64,000 bases of DNA from an uncultured Bacteroidaceae bacterium (lineage in GTDB: Bacteria; Bacillota; Clostridia; Christensenellales; CAG-917): NCBI GenBank assembly GCA_964637515.1, contig CAZWUI010000002.1, positions 16,665-80,664 on the forward strand. Reading direction: 5' to 3'. The translations under genes were made by a program, and so were the position numbers. Shown here piece by piece: positions 21,895 through 32,762 of the stretch. Below the pieces are notes generated by a model. It was not told the DNA's origin and did no database searches. It saw only the letters and a program-made list of their open reading frames with translations. The stretch's first letter is position 1. Each line of letters begins with the position of its first letter.

Positions 21895-24800
21895 ATGCGC
21901 AATAACACAAGACAGATCAGAGCAAATTCGGGAAAAAGAATTGCGCTCGGAGTGCTGATAATCGTAATATCTTTGTTTTGTTTTCTCTGCGACGTCAGGG
22001 CGCTCGGTAGCGTCGGACGCGCGGTTTATTCATTTCTTGTAGGCTTTTTCGGGCTTGCCGATTACGCCTATTCGATAGTCGGCGTCATCGTCGGCATTGC
22101 TATCACTTTCAATCTCAGAGTGAGAATGCGCCCGTCCAAGTTTATGATGTTTTTCGGGCTCTTCATTCTCGGCGTGCTCGCTCTTCAAGTGTACACTTCG
22201 TCCGCACATATCGCAAATGCGTCCTACAAGGAATACCTTCTTGCCTGCTACGACGGCACAAACACCGCAGGCGGTATGCTTTACGGCTTGCTTGCCTACC
22301 TTATGATGAAAGCGATAACTCCGGTCGGCGCACTCGTCGTAATCGTGGTGGCGTTTTTCACTTTGGCGTTTTTCGCATTCTATCCCTTCATCAAGAAGAA
22401 CGTTACTTATGAAGTCGTCGATACGGCGGAGCGTGAGAGAAAACGTGAGGAAAAACGTCTCAAAAAGGCGGAGAAAGAAGAGAATAAAAAGGCCCTTGCT
22501 CACGAACGCGAAGTGCAATATCCCGCAACTTCGGACGAAGAATTTAATGCGTTTTATCCCAATCGCTCAGGCGGGGTGGAAGATGAGGACCGCATCCCCG
22601 ACAAGTATTCCACCAAAGGTCTTGCAAGGGATATTCTTTTCAATCAAAACACCGATGAAAGAAGTATCGAAAGATATCATACGATGAAAAACCCCGAAAA
22701 CGCACTTTCTCGACCGGGCGCATCGTATAGCAGTGTAAGACGTGCGCAACTCCGCAGTCAACTCGGCATAAACGGCACGTCTAACGGTATGGAAGGCTAC
22801 ACGGTCGGTAGGTCAGAAGAAACTCCGAAATCCGAAACCGCTCCCGAAACGGCTCCCGTCGCACCTGTGGAAAATACGGAAATCCCAAGAATAGATATGG
22901 ATGAACTCCGTCGCACCAACGGCGGTATGGATAGCGGTCGCACTTTCACGTCGTTTGAAGCGTTGAAAGCGGATCAACTTCGCAGATTCGGTGAGAGTTA
23001 CAGGGAAGAAAAAGTCCCCGAAACCAACTCTCAACCCGCAGAAGAAGAGAAAAAAGAAGTGGTAAAACCCACCAAAATCGTGGCAAAACCCGAAATTCAG
23101 GGCAAACCCGAAGATAAAGCAAGCACTATGGCGGGATTGCAAGGTTCGGTCAAGCGCGCTATAACCGGGGAACAACTTCCCCCCAAACCCCAAAAGGTCG
23201 AAGAACTCGAAGCGGAAGGGTATATGCACCCGACTTCTCAAACAGAAGCCCCCGCAACCGCCGAAAGAAGACGTGAAGAAACTCCCGTCCGTCCTGCTCA
23301 ACCCGTCGAGCAGACTGACTATCAAAACGCACGTCAGGAAGTCGCACGCGAAATTCCTCGTCAAAACATGCAACCCGAAGAGGACGATACGCCGTTTATC
23401 CCCGTCGATACGACCGAGGCAAGCAAACCCGATTGGGCTAGAATACTCGGAAACGCTCCCGCAAAAACTCCCGAAACGCAGAGAGTTATCTCTCCCTCCG
23501 AAGGGAAATCCATTGAAAACGAAGGCAAAGTCTATCAATCGTCTTTCATCGCTCAAAAGGAAATGGAAGCGGTCGCAAAGGCAAGAAAGGAAGCCCCGCC
23601 GCTTTCATCCGTCGAAAAATCCCATATCGAAGCGGAAAGAGCAAGTCAGGCGCAAAGAGTGCGTAAAGTCAGCGTAACTCCGTCCGCAAAAGCCATTGAA
23701 AAGAAGATCGAAAAACTCGAAAAAGACGACGGCAAAGAAAGATTGACTCAAGTCACCATAGACCAATCAATCTATCAAGCGACTCCCAAAAAACCGTACG
23801 TTGCACCTCCGCTCAGTCTACTTCTTCCCCCCGATCCCGACGTGGACCAAAACGAAGACTACGAAGAGAAGAAGAGAGCACTCGTCGATAAACTCGCATT
23901 CTTCGACGTTAGTGCGGAAGTTACGAACATTCAAGTCGGTCCCACGTTCTCGTTGTATACGATGTCCGTCGTGATGCCGAAGGGTAGGACGGTATCTACG
24001 CTCACTTCCTACGAGCACGATATTGCTATGGCAATGGAGCAGGAGAGTGTGCGTATTCTCGCACCTATCCCCGGGAAAAACGCAGTCGGTATCGAAGTGC
24101 CTAATAAGCATCGTAAGATGGTGCGTATCAGCGAATTGATTCAAGCACCCAAATTCAATCAGGCGAACTCTCCGTCCACTTGCATACTCGGCAAGGACCT
24201 TTACGGCAACGATCATATTTGCGATATACGCGACCTGCCGCATATGCTCGTCGCGGGCGCAACCGGCGCAGGCAAGAGTTGTTGCATAAACTCGATTATC
24301 GTCAGTTTGCTTTACAAAGCGTCCCCCGACGAAGTGCGACTCATTCTCATCGACCCCAAGAGAGTGGAACTCAGTGTGTACGAAGGCATTCCGCATCTTA
24401 TGCTCGACGAAATCATTTGCGACGTTGACAAGGCTATCCGCGCACTCAACTGGGCGATAACCGAAATGCTCCGCCGTATCGAATTTTTCAAGCAGATGGG
24501 GTATAGGAATATCGAAGACTACAACGCGGATTGTCAGACGACGGGCAACGAAAAAATGCCGAGAATAGTCATCATCGTCGATGAACTTGCCGACCTTATG
24601 GATAACGGCAAAAAAGCGGTCGAAGACGCAATCAACCGTATTGCAAGACTTGCACGCGCGGTTGGCATTCACCTTATTCTTGCAACGCAAAGACCGTCCG
24701 TAGACGTCGTCAGCGGTACTATCAAAAACAATCTGCCTTCTCGTATTGCGTTCAAAGTCACGTCGGGCCCCGACAGTCGTACCATTCTCGATGCGGGCGG

Positions 24801-25284
24801 TGCGGACAAACTTCTCGGAAACGGCGATATGTTGTTCATGACTCCGAAGACGTCATTGCCTACTCGTATGCAGGGTGCGTTCATTTCAAACCCCGAAGTG
24901 AAGAAAGTAGTGGACTTCTTGAAAGAGAACAACGAATCCTACTTCGATCCTAACGTCAAGGACGCAATATTCAAAGAACAGGAAGAAAAACCCGAAGCAA
25001 AAGAGTCTAAACTCGACAGACGTAAACAAAGAGAAGAATATCCTCCCGAACTTTTCGACGCACTCCGTCTCGGTATGGAAGAGAGCATTTCCGCATCCTA
25101 TCTCCAACGCAAACTCGGATTGGGTTGGCAAAAAGCGGCGAGAATCGGGGATATTATGAAAGATTTGGGCGTTCTCGTCCCCGACGAAAAGGATCCCAAA
25201 AAGCGTTCAAGAGTCAATATGACCGAAGAAGAATACGAACAATTCGTGGCTGAACATAGCAAACACGACGAGGACGACGAATAA
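21895..25284 (+). CDS. ftsK: DNA translocase FtsK/SpoIIIE with long low-complexity linker
   Basis: N-terminal polytopic membrane domain and a ~500-aa Pro/Glu/Lys-rich linker. Motor has Walker A GATGAGKSCCINS and Walker B IVIIVDELADL. C-terminal gamma wHTH reads SYLQRKLGLGWQKAARIGDIMKDLGVL. Confidence 0.95.
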   Translation: MRNNTRQIRANSGKRIALGVLIIVISLFCFLCDVRALGSVGRAVYSFLVGFFGLADYAYSIVGVIVGIAITFNLRVRMRPSKFMMFFGLFILGVLALQVYTSSAHIANASYKEYLLACYDGTNTAGGMLYGLLAYLMMKAITPVGALVVIVVAFFTLAFFAFYPFIKKNVTYEVVDTAERERKREEKRLKKAEKEENKKALAHEREVQYPATSDEEFNAFYPNRSGGVEDEDRIPDKYSTKGLARDILFNQNTDERSIERYHTMKNPENALSRPGASYSSVRRAQLRSQLGINGTSNGMEGYTVGRSEETPKSETAPETAPVAPVENTEIPRIDMDELRRTNGGMDSGRTFTSFEALKADQLRRFGESYREEKVPETNSQPAEEEKKEVVKPTKIVAKPEIQGKPEDKASTMAGLQGSVKRAITGEQLPPKPQKVEELEAEGYMHPTSQTEAPATAERRREETPVRPAQPVEQTDYQNARQEVAREIPRQNMQPEEDDTPFIPVDTTEASKPDWARILGNAPAKTPETQRVISPSEGKSIENEGKVYQSSFIAQKEMEAVAKARKEAPPLSSVEKSHIEAERASQAQRVRKVSVTPSAKAIEKKIEKLEKDDGKERLTQVTIDQSIYQATPKKPYVAPPLSLLLPPDPDVDQNEDYEEKKRALVDKLAFFDVSAEVTNIQVGPTFSLYTMSVVMPKGRTVSTLTSYEHDIAMAMEQESVRILAPIPGKNAVGIEVPNKHRKMVRISELIQAPKFNQANSPSTCILGKDLYGNDHICDIRDLPHMLVAGATGAGKSCCINSIIVSLLYKASPDEVRLILIDPKRVELSVYEGIPHLMLDEIICDVDKAIRALNWAITEMLRRIEFFKQMGYRNIEDYNADCQTTGNEKMPRIVIIVDELADLMDNGKKAVEDAINRIARLARAVGIHLILATQRPSVDVVSGTIKNNLPSRIAFKVTSGPDSRTILDAGGADKLLGNGDMLFMTPKTSLPTRMQGAFISNPEVKKVVDFLKENNESYFDPNVKDAIFKEQEEKPEAKESKLDRRKQREEYPPELFDALRLGMEESISASYLQRKLGLGWQKAARIGDIMKDLGVLVPDEKDPKKRSRVNMTEEEYEQFVAEHSKHDEDDE

Positions 25285-26588
25285 TGAAAATCGGAGCGAT
25301 ATCACTTGGCTGTGATAAAAATAGAGTAGACACCGAAAAAATGCTGTCAAGGCTTGTAGACGGCGGTCACGTTATCGTGGGTAACGAAGAAGATGCGGAC
25401 GTCATCATCATCAACACTTGCGCATTCACGGACAGTGCGAAGAGCGAAGGTATCGACGAAATCCTTGACGCTATCGCGGTGAAAGACGAATACAAAAGCA
25501 AAAAAATCATCGTTACGGGTTGCCTTGCCGAGCGTTATATGAACGACTTGAAAGAGGAATTTCCCGAAGTCGATGCGTTTCTCGGGATTGCAAATTACGA
25601 CGAAATTTGCGCCACGATAGAGAAAATTTCCGCAGGGAATAAGGTGTACGGTTGCGCACGCGTTGACGAGTTTTACGACGGTAGAGTGTTGACCACGCCG
25701 TACCATTACGCCTATCTCAAAATTGCAGACGGATGCAACAATCATTGCACCTATTGCGCCATTCCGTCCATACGCGGTAAATACCGTTCGGAGAAGATTG
25801 AAGACCTTGTCAGAGAAGCGAAAGCACTCTCCGACGACGGAGTGAAAGAACTCATTTTGGTTGCACAAGACGTGACGAGATACGGAGTCGATTTCGATGG
25901 AAAATCTCATCTCATCGACCTTGTTAGAGAACTAGTGAAATTGGATTTCAGTCAGATTAGGCTTCTTTATCTCGAACCCGAAGCGGTGGACGACGAACTC
26001 ATCGAATACGTGGCGAATGAACCGAAAATCGCAAAGTATATGGACGTGCCTTTGCAACATATCGACGACGACGTTTTGAAACGTATGGGTAGGCATACGA
26101 ACGAGAAGTATACGAGAGAACTCATCGCAAAAATCAAGGCGCACGGAATAACCGTCCGCTCGTCCTTTATATGCGGATTCCCCGGCGAGAGCGAAGAAGC
26201 GCACGAAAAACTCAAACATTTCATTGCGGAAGGCAATATCGATTACGCAGGATTTTTCGAGTATTCGAGAGAAGAAGGCACTCCCGCCGACAGAATGGAC
26301 GGACACCTTGACGACGAAATCAAGATTAGACGCGCAAACGAACTTCGCGAAATCGAAACCGAAGTCATAAACAGGCGCAATCAGTCCTTTGTCGGCAAGA
26401 AAATCAAGGTCGTCTACGACGACATAGACTACGACAAACAACTCTTTGCGGGCAGGGCGGAATTTCAAACTCCCGACATTGACAATACGATATATTTCAC
26501 TTCTAAGGAAGAGGTCGCAATAGGCGAATATTACACCGTTGAAATCACGGGTGTAGACGGCATAGACCTCGTGGGAAAGACGATATGA
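25284..26588 (+). CDS. rimO: Ribosomal protein S12 methylthiotransferase RimO
   Basis: MTTase N-domain (SLGCDKNRVDTE), radical SAM motif CNNHCTYCAIP, and a C-terminal TRAM-like domain. Confidence 0.93.
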   Translation: MKIGAISLGCDKNRVDTEKMLSRLVDGGHVIVGNEEDADVIIINTCAFTDSAKSEGIDEILDAIAVKDEYKSKKIIVTGCLAERYMNDLKEEFPEVDAFLGIANYDEICATIEKISAGNKVYGCARVDEFYDGRVLTTPYHYAYLKIADGCNNHCTYCAIPSIRGKYRSEKIEDLVREAKALSDDGVKELILVAQDVTRYGVDFDGKSHLIDLVRELVKLDFSQIRLLYLEPEAVDDELIEYVANEPKIAKYMDVPLQHIDDDVLKRMGRHTNEKYTRELIAKIKAHGITVRSSFICGFPGESEEAHEKLKHFIAEGNIDYAGFFEYSREEGTPADRMDGHLDDEIKIRRANELREIETEVINRRNQSFVGKKIKVVYDDIDYDKQLFAGRAEFQTPDIDNTIYFTSKEEVAIGEYYTVEITGVDGIDLVGKTI

Positions 26589-27202
26589 AAATCACACTTG
26601 CAACCAAAATCACGATAGCGAGAATCCTTCTCATAATCCCCACCGTCATCATCTACGTAGTGGGCGTATTCTATCAAGCGAATCACGACGTCTATCAGGC
26701 GTTGATGATAACCGCATTCGTGCTTTTTGCGGTGCTTTGTTGCACTGACTTCATCGACGGCGCAATAGCAAGAAAGACGAACACCGTGTCCGACCTCGGC
26801 AAATTTCTCGATCCGCTTGCGGACAAAGTCGTTGTCGTGATAATGCTCTTTCTCGTGGTATATCACGGGGCGGGGCTTGAAATCTTCAAAGGCAATTCCC
26901 TTGTTATCGCATTGCTTTCGGGATTGATTCTTTCTCGCGAATTGATGATAGGCGTTTTTCGCAGTATAGCGGCGAAAAAAGGTACCGTCCTTGCGGCAGA
27001 CATTTTCGGCAAAATCAAAACGTGGCTCCTTGACGTCGGCGTGGGTTTCCTGATTATTGCGGGACTTCACGAAGTGGTCGCTTGGCTCGGCACGATTATT
27101 TTCTATCTCGGCGGGATTATGACTATCTTCTCGGGACTGAATTACATACTCAAAAACAAGCAGGTTTTCGTCGATAAAACCGAAGAAAAAGAGGCGGAAT
27201 AA
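26585..27202 (+). CDS. pgsA: CDP-diacylglycerol--glycerol-3-phosphate 3-phosphatidyltransferase
   Basis: CDP-alcohol phosphotransferase motif DFIDGAIARKTNTVSDLGKFLDPLADK within a polytopic membrane protein. Confidence 0.92.
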   Translation: MKITLATKITIARILLIIPTVIIYVVGVFYQANHDVYQALMITAFVLFAVLCCTDFIDGAIARKTNTVSDLGKFLDPLADKVVVVIMLFLVVYHGAGLEIFKGNSLVIALLSGLILSRELMIGVFRSIAAKKGTVLAADIFGKIKTWLLDVGVGFLIIAGLHEVVAWLGTIIFYLGGIMTIFSGLNYILKNKQVFVDKTEEKEAE

Positions 27203-27705
27203 TGGAATTCGTGTGCGAAAAGAAAACCACTTTTGAACTCTTGACCGAAGCGATTGCATACGGTGAAAAACACGGCGTAGTCAGTGCGAAAAAACTGTCG
27301 TCGAAACTTCACGTTGCGCAGTCTACGGGGGCAAAACTCGTAGCCGCTTTAAGAATCAGAGGTATTCTCGGAGAGAAAACGAAGAAAGGGTATCTTTTCG
27401 TTGAAAAGAAAAGTTTTGAAAGTACGAATACCGCCGTCATAATCGAAAAAATCAAAAATGCGGACGAATATGAAGTCGCAGTTTATCGCGATTTGCTGTT
27501 TCCGTCCGTCAAAGTCGCGTTTGAGTGGGGCAACGTGGGCGTTGCAATGCTCGAAAGAAAACTCGGACTCGACTATAATCGCGCTCAAGAAGTGTTCGAT
27601 TTGCTCGACGCAGTGGGCGTGATAGGTGAGGAATCCGCCGTAAACCCCGGCAGAAGAAACCTTGCCATTCCTCACGAAGAATTTGATAAGTTGGTGAGCG
27701 AATGA
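27202..27705 (+). CDS. Stand-alone protein with two FtsK-gamma-like winged-helix domains
   Basis: C-terminal half: FPSVKVAFEWGNVGVAMLERKLGLDYNRAQEVFDLLDAVGVIGE matches the FtsK gamma pattern (LQR.l.igYnRAa.i.d.le..Giv). N-terminal half: VSAKKLSSKLHVAQSTGAKLVAALRIRGILGE is a weaker second copy. Confidence 0.6.
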   Translation: MEFVCEKKTTFELLTEAIAYGEKHGVVSAKKLSSKLHVAQSTGAKLVAALRIRGILGEKTKKGYLFVEKKSFESTNTAVIIEKIKNADEYEVAVYRDLLFPSVKVAFEWGNVGVAMLERKLGLDYNRAQEVFDLLDAVGVIGEESAVNPGRRNLAIPHEEFDKLVSE

Positions 27706-28397
27706 TTACCGAAACCATGAAAATATGCGGTCTTGACGAAGAAACCATTCGTTTGCGCTTGACCGACTTTATAGGGTTGGGAGTCACTTTCGACGTGAAG
27801 GAGTGTTGCCTTGACGCTTCGATAACCATGACTTCGGCAGGCTCGCGCGAGAGTTTCGATCAAGTGAAATCCCTCGTCTACAACTGCTTTGCGGAACAAG
27901 TCTACGCATCCGTCGACGTCGAGCTTCACGTGCTTGCGGCGGAACTATTGAAACTCAACAAAAAAGTCCTTGCGGTGGCGGAAAGTCTGACGGGGGGAGA
28001 GATATGCTCTCGTTTGACGTCTATCCCCGGCATCAGCGAAAACTTCTATGAAGGCATCGTGTGCTACAACCGCGCATCGAAGATGAACAGGCTCGGAATA
28101 TCCAAATCGTATATCGGCGAATACGGCACTGTATCCAAGGAAACCGCATACGCAATGGTCAAAGGGCTTCTCGGAAAACCCGTGAGCGTAGCACTTGCAA
28201 CGACTGGACTCGCAGGACCGACCGGCGACGAAGGCAAGCCCGTAGGGCTTGTGTATATAGGAGTGGGGAGCGGTGACTTCATCACTACCTTTGAAAACAA
28301 ACTTTCGGGCGACCGAAATACTATCAGGAAAGCAACGGCAAATTTAGCGTTATTCTATCTCGTCCGCTATCTCAGGGGAGATATATTGCTACTGTAG
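27702..28397 (+). CDS. cinA: CinA-like protein retaining only the C-terminal PncC (nicotinamide-nucleotide amidase) domain
   Basis: LAVAESLTGGEICSRLTSIPGIS, GIVCYNRASK, TGLAGPTGDEGKPVGLVYIGV, and the classic position upstream of recA. The N-terminal MoCF-type domain is absent. Confidence 0.85.
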   Translation: MITETMKICGLDEETIRLRLTDFIGLGVTFDVKECCLDASITMTSAGSRESFDQVKSLVYNCFAEQVYASVDVELHVLAAELLKLNKKVLAVAESLTGGEICSRLTSIPGISENFYEGIVCYNRASKMNRLGISKSYIGEYGTVSKETAYAMVKGLLGKPVSVALATTGLAGPTGDEGKPVGLVYIGVGSGDFITTFENKLSGDRNTIRKATANLALFYLVRYLRGDILLL

Positions 28398-28430
28398 CCG
28401 ATTGAATAAATAGATAAAGGAGAATAACAA

Positions 28431-29417
28431 ATGGCAGACAAAACCAATCTCGAACTCGCTCTTGCGCAAATCGAAAAGAAGTACGGCAAAGGTTCGATTA
28501 TGAAGATGGACGGCGAAAGCATCCCTCAAGTCGAAGCAGTATCTTCGGGGTGCTTGACACTCGACGCCGCACTCGGTATAGGCGGATTTCCCAAGGGTAG
28601 AATTATAGAAATCTACGGGCCCGAATCGTCGGGCAAAACCACCGTAGCACTCCACGCGGTAGCGGAAGTGCAAAAGGCGGGTGGTACTGCGGCATTCATC
28701 GACGCAGAGCATGCACTCGATCCCTGGTATGCATCAAATCTCGGCGTGCAAATCGAAAACCTTTACATATCCCAACCCGACAGCGGTGAACAAGCACTCG
28801 AAATTCTCGAAACTCTCGTCAGAAGCGGTGCTATCGATATAGTCGTAGTGGACTCCGTCGCGGCACTCACTCCCCAAGCGGAAATCGACGGCGAAATGGG
28901 GGATAGTCACGTCGGTCTTCAAGCAAGACTTATGTCCCAAGCACTCCGCAAACTCACTGCGGTCGCATCCAAATCAAAATGCACGATTATCTTCATCAAC
29001 CAACTCCGTGAAAAAGTCGGCGTTATGTACGGAAACCCCGAAGTTACCACCGGCGGTAAGGCACTCAAATTCTATGCTTCCGTCCGTATAGACGTCAGAA
29101 AAGCGGATACTCTCAAAGACGGTAGCGACGTCGTGGGCAATCACGTCAAAGCGAAAATCGTCAAGAACAAAGTCGCACCTCCTTTCAAAGTCGCAGAGTT
29201 CGATATTCTTTACGGCAAGGGCATTTCTTCCCTTGGTTGCGTGCTTGACGTAGCAATCGAAAAAGGTATCGTCCAAAAGAGCGGAAGTTGGTTCTCGTAC
29301 AACGACGAGAAAATCGGCCAGGGCAGAGAAAAAGCTCTCGACTATCTCAAGAACAACCCCGATATCGCAGACGAAGTCAACAGAAAAGTCCGCGAAAGTC
29401 TCGGACTCAACGCATAA
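28431..29417 (+). CDS. recA: Recombinase RecA
   Basis: Walker [38 protein letters not shown]. Confidence 0.98.
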   Translation: MADKTNLELALAQIEKKYGKGSIMKMDGESIPQVEAVSSGCLTLDAALGIGGFPKGRIIEIYGPESSGKTTVALHAVAEVQKAGGTAAFIDAEHALDPWYASNLGVQIENLYISQPDSGEQALEILETLVRSGAIDIVVVDSVAALTPQAEIDGEMGDSHVGLQARLMSQALRKLTAVASKSKCTIIFINQLREKVGVMYGNPEVTTGGKALKFYASVRIDVRKADTLKDGSDVVGNHVKAKIVKNKVAPPFKVAEFDILYGKGISSLGCVLDVAIEKGIVQKSGSWFSYNDEKIGQGREKALDYLKNNPDIADEVNRKVRESLGLNA

Positions 29418-29505
29418 TTCGACAAATCGTTCCGCGCACGTAGCGGTATTATGGCTATATATACTTATATATAATAAATTAGTGTATATAAGTTTCGTGC
29501 GTTTA

Positions 29506-29534
29506 TTGACTATTGAACGATAATCGGTTATACT
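29506..29534 (+). promoter_or_regulatory. Candidate sigma-A-type promoter for rny
   Basis: TTGACT (29506-29511), 17 nt, then TATACT (29529-29534), in an AT-rich intergenic region. Confidence 0.5.
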
Positions 29535-29578
29535 TAACTCGACAAGGTTTTGCCTTGATTATATAAATGGAGGTCAAG

Positions 29579-31195
29579 ATGACAAGCAATTTATCTTTAT
29601 TGCTTGCTGCACTTGACGCCGGACCTATTGTTGGAATAGCCGTTGCAACCCTCGTAGTAGGCGTGGCTATCGGGCTGTTTGTGTATAGAATTTATTCACA
29701 GAACAAAATCGGCTTGGCAAAGAGAGAAGCAGCAAGAATTATAGAAGAAGCAAATCTCGAAGCAAAAGACATCCGCAAAGACGGACTTCTCGAAGCAAAA
29801 GAACAACAAAACAAAATGCGTTCCGATTTTGAAAAAGAAACCAAAGAACGCAGAGCGGATTGGCAACGTACTGAAAACAGACTTGCACAAAAAGAAGCTC
29901 AACTCGACAAAAAAGAAGACTCTATTGAAAAAAAGGAACAATCTCTCGACAGAAAACTCGAAGACCTTGAAAAGTCGCAAAAAGCAATAGAGGAAACCAA
30001 AACCCGTCTGAAAGGTATTGAAGACGAACTCAACAACGCTCAAGACAACGTCCGCAAAGAACTCGAAAGAGTGGCGGGCATGACCAAGGAAGAAGCGGCG
30101 CAAGAACTCAAAGACGCTCTCCTCGACAGCGTGAAAAAATCCGCGGCGGCAGATGCAAAAGCAATCGTTGCTGATGCAAAAGAAAACGCCGTGAAAGAAG
30201 CACAAAATATCATCGGTCTTGCAATTCAACGTTGCGCAGCCGACCACGCCACCGAAAATACCGTGTCCGTCGTCGCGCTCCCCAGCGATGAAATGAAGGG
30301 TAGAATTATCGGTCGTATGGGACGCAATATCCGCGCTCTCGAATCCGCAACCGGCGTCGACCTCATCATCGACGACACTCCCGACGTCATCACCCTTTCA
30401 AGTTTCGATCCCGTGAGAAGAGAAGTCGCTCGTTTGACTCTCGAAAAACTCATCGCAGACGGACGTATTCATCCTGCACGTATCGAAGAAGTCGCAGACA
30501 AAATCCGCAAAGAAGTGGAAGCGTCAATCAAAGAAGCGGGCGAAGAAGCGGTGTTTGAAGCAGGTATCCACGGTGTTCATCCCGAACTCGTCAAACTGCT
30601 CGGCAGATTGAAATACCGCACCAGTTACGGTCAAAACGTCCTCAAACACTCTCTCGAAGTTTCCTATCTTGCATCCCTTATGGCGCAAGAGTTGGGAATT
30701 GATCCCAAAGTTGCCAAGCGTGCAGGTTTGTTGCACGACATAGGCAAAGCAGTGGATCACGAAGTCGAAGGCACCCACATTCAAATCGGTGTGGACTTCG
30801 CAAAGAAATACCGCGAAAACGGCGACGTCATTCACGCAATCGCGGCGCACCACAACGATATCGAACCCGAAACCATCGATGCAGTCATCGTGCAAGCGGC
30901 GGACGCAATTTCTTCCGCTCGTCCCGGTGCAAGACGCGAATCCCTTGAGAATTATGTCAAACGTATCGAAAAACTCGAAGATATTGCAAAATCTTTCGAG
31001 GGCGTCGATCAATCGTTCGCAGTGCAAGCGGGTAGAGAAATCCGCGTTATGGTCAAACCCGAGCAAGTCAACGACGAAGCAACCGTTTTCCTCGCGAAAG
31101 AAATTGCCGAAAAACTCGAAAACGAACTCGAATATCCCGGTCAAATCAAAGTCAACGTTATTCGTGAGGTTAGAAGCGTAGAATATGCCAAGTAA
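29579..31195 (+). CDS. rny: Ribonuclease Y
   Basis: N-terminal TM, coiled coil, KH motif [15 protein letters not shown], and HD motif [10 protein letters not shown] 29579 lies 5 nt after GGAGG, whereas the ORF-track start 29567 contains that RBS. Confidence 0.95.
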   Translation: MTSNLSLLLAALDAGPIVGIAVATLVVGVAIGLFVYRIYSQNKIGLAKREAARIIEEANLEAKDIRKDGLLEAKEQQNKMRSDFEKETKERRADWQRTENRLAQKEAQLDKKEDSIEKKEQSLDRKLEDLEKSQKAIEETKTRLKGIEDELNNAQDNVRKELERVAGMTKEEAAQELKDALLDSVKKSAAADAKAIVADAKENAVKEAQNIIGLAIQRCAADHATENTVSVVALPSDEMKGRIIGRMGRNIRALESATGVDLIIDDTPDVITLSSFDPVRREVARLTLEKLIADGRIHPARIEEVADKIRKEVEASIKEAGEEAVFEAGIHGVHPELVKLLGRLKYRTSYGQNVLKHSLEVSYLASLMAQELGIDPKVAKRAGLLHDIGKAVDHEVEGTHIQIGVDFAKKYRENGDVIHAIAAHHNDIEPETIDAVIVQAADAISSARPGARRESLENYVKRIEKLEDIAKSFEGVDQSFAVQAGREIRVMVKPEQVNDEATVFLAKEIAEKLENELEYPGQIKVNVIREVRSVEYAK

Positions 31196-31883
31196 TATCG
31201 TAAAGACATCTGAAGAATTAGCAAAAATCCGCAAAGCGGCAGACATCATCGACGACGTGTTCGATTACATTCTCGGTGAACTCACCGAAGGTGTGACCGA
31301 AATCGAAATCTCGAACAAAATCCACGATAAAATCGTCGCTCTCGGCGGTAGCGGTGAGTCGTTTGAAACCATAGTCGCTTTCGGAAAGGGCGGTGCGGAA
31401 CCCCATCACGTCCCCACCGATAAGAAACTCGAAAAAGGCGAATTCATCACCATAGATATGGGCGCGATTTACGACGGTTATTGTTCTGATTTCACTCGTA
31501 CCATGGCGTACGGCGAAGTCACCGACGAGATGAAGAAAGTCTATGAAATCGTGTTGCAGGCATACCGTCTCGCTATGGCGGGAGTAAAAGAGGGCGCAGG
31601 TTGCAAAGCAGTCGATTCCCTCGCTCGCGAATATATCAAACTCTGCGGTTACGGCGACAACTACATCCATGGCACCGGCCACGGCGTAGGCACCGAAATT
31701 CACGAAGCACCGTTCGTCAACACTCGCAGTGAAGAAGTCCTTCAAAACGACTCCGTCATCACCATCGAACCCGGCATCTATATTCCCGACGGTTTCGGCA
31801 TCAGAATCGAAGATATGATAGTCGTAGGGGAGAGCGGTCCAGTCAGCCGTCAACCCGTCGAACTTATCACTATAACCAAATAA
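31185..31883 (+). CDS. M24-family Xaa-Pro peptidase, catalytic domain only
   Basis: Pita-bread fold motifs [35 protein letters not shown], and IRIEDMIVV. At 232 aa it lacks the usual N-terminal domain. It occupies the typical position upstream of efp. Confidence 0.85.
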   Translation: MPSNIVKTSEELAKIRKAADIIDDVFDYILGELTEGVTEIEISNKIHDKIVALGGSGESFETIVAFGKGGAEPHHVPTDKKLEKGEFITIDMGAIYDGYCSDFTRTMAYGEVTDEMKKVYEIVLQAYRLAMAGVKEGAGCKAVDSLAREYIKLCGYGDNYIHGTGHGVGTEIHEAPFVNTRSEEVLQNDSVITIEPGIYIPDGFGIRIEDMIVVGESGPVSRQPVELITITK

Positions 31884-31908
31884 TACAAGATAATAGGAGA
31901 TACAAATT

Positions 31909-32472
31909 ATGGCACAAATCATGGCAGGCGACATCAGAAAGGGCGTAACCTTTTTGTACGAAGGCAACATTATGACCATCGTTGAGTTCCAACACGTCAA
32001 ACCCGGCAAAGGCGCGGCATTCGTCCGTACCAAAATGAAAAACGTCGTTGACGGCAGAACTCTTGAAAAAACCTTCAACCCCACCGATAAACTCGAACTC
32101 GCTCACATCGAATCCAAAGATATGGAATATCTCTACAACGACGGAGAATTCTATTACTTCATGGACAAAGAAACCTTCGAGCAAATCCCCCTCAACCACG
32201 ACCAAGTCGAAGACGCACTCCAGTTCGTCAAAGAGAACGGCACCGTCAAGATGAAATTCTTCCAAGACAAACCTTTCTCCGTCGAACCCGAAAACTTCGT
32301 CGAACTTCTCATCACCATTTGTGAACCCGCAGTTGCAGGCAACACCGCGACCAACGCAACCAAACCCGCAACCGTTGAAACCGGCTACGAACTTATGGTC
32401 CCCATGTTCGTCAATGAAGGGGATACGATTCGTATTGATACTCGCACCGGCGAATACATGTCTAGAGTCTAA
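31909..32472 (+). CDS. efp: Elongation factor P
   Basis: [16 protein letters not shown] loop, 187 aa. Confidence 0.97.
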   Translation: MAQIMAGDIRKGVTFLYEGNIMTIVEFQHVKPGKGAAFVRTKMKNVVDGRTLEKTFNPTDKLELAHIESKDMEYLYNDGEFYYFMDKETFEQIPLNHDQVEDALQFVKENGTVKMKFFQDKPFSVEPENFVELLITICEPAVAGNTATNATKPATVETGYELMVPMFVNEGDTIRIDTRTGEYMSRV

Positions 32473-32496
32473 TCGCACTAAATCGCGAATAACATT

Positions 32497-32525
32497 AAAA
32501 GCACTCCAAGCGGAGTGCTTTTTTT
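32497..32525 (+). terminator. rho-independent terminator after efp
   Basis: Stem gcactcc/ggagtgc with a 4-nt loop, followed by TTTTTTT. Confidence 0.85.
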
Positions 32526-32762
32526 CTGTTATTTCGAGCAAGCGAATGAATCTCGCGCGCGTGGGTACGTGCGGACTTATAATATAGTGAGTGCTTATAT
32601 AGAGTTATCAATTATATATTGCAGGATATTGCGGTGAGGTTGTTTGGTTGATTTTGGTTTGTTTGGCAAAAATTGTCGCTATGGCGAAAAGTCTCTTATG
32701 GCGATATTTGTCGCTTATTAGTCGGTGTGAATTTTGTGTGGTGTAGCGTCATATTCTTTAAT

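Noticed and set aside
28330-28430. LexA/SOS (Cheo-type CGAAC-N4-GTTCG) box upstream of recA.
   Set aside because: I looked for the motif in the short cinA-recA junction and the cinA 3' end and did not see it. No claim is made.
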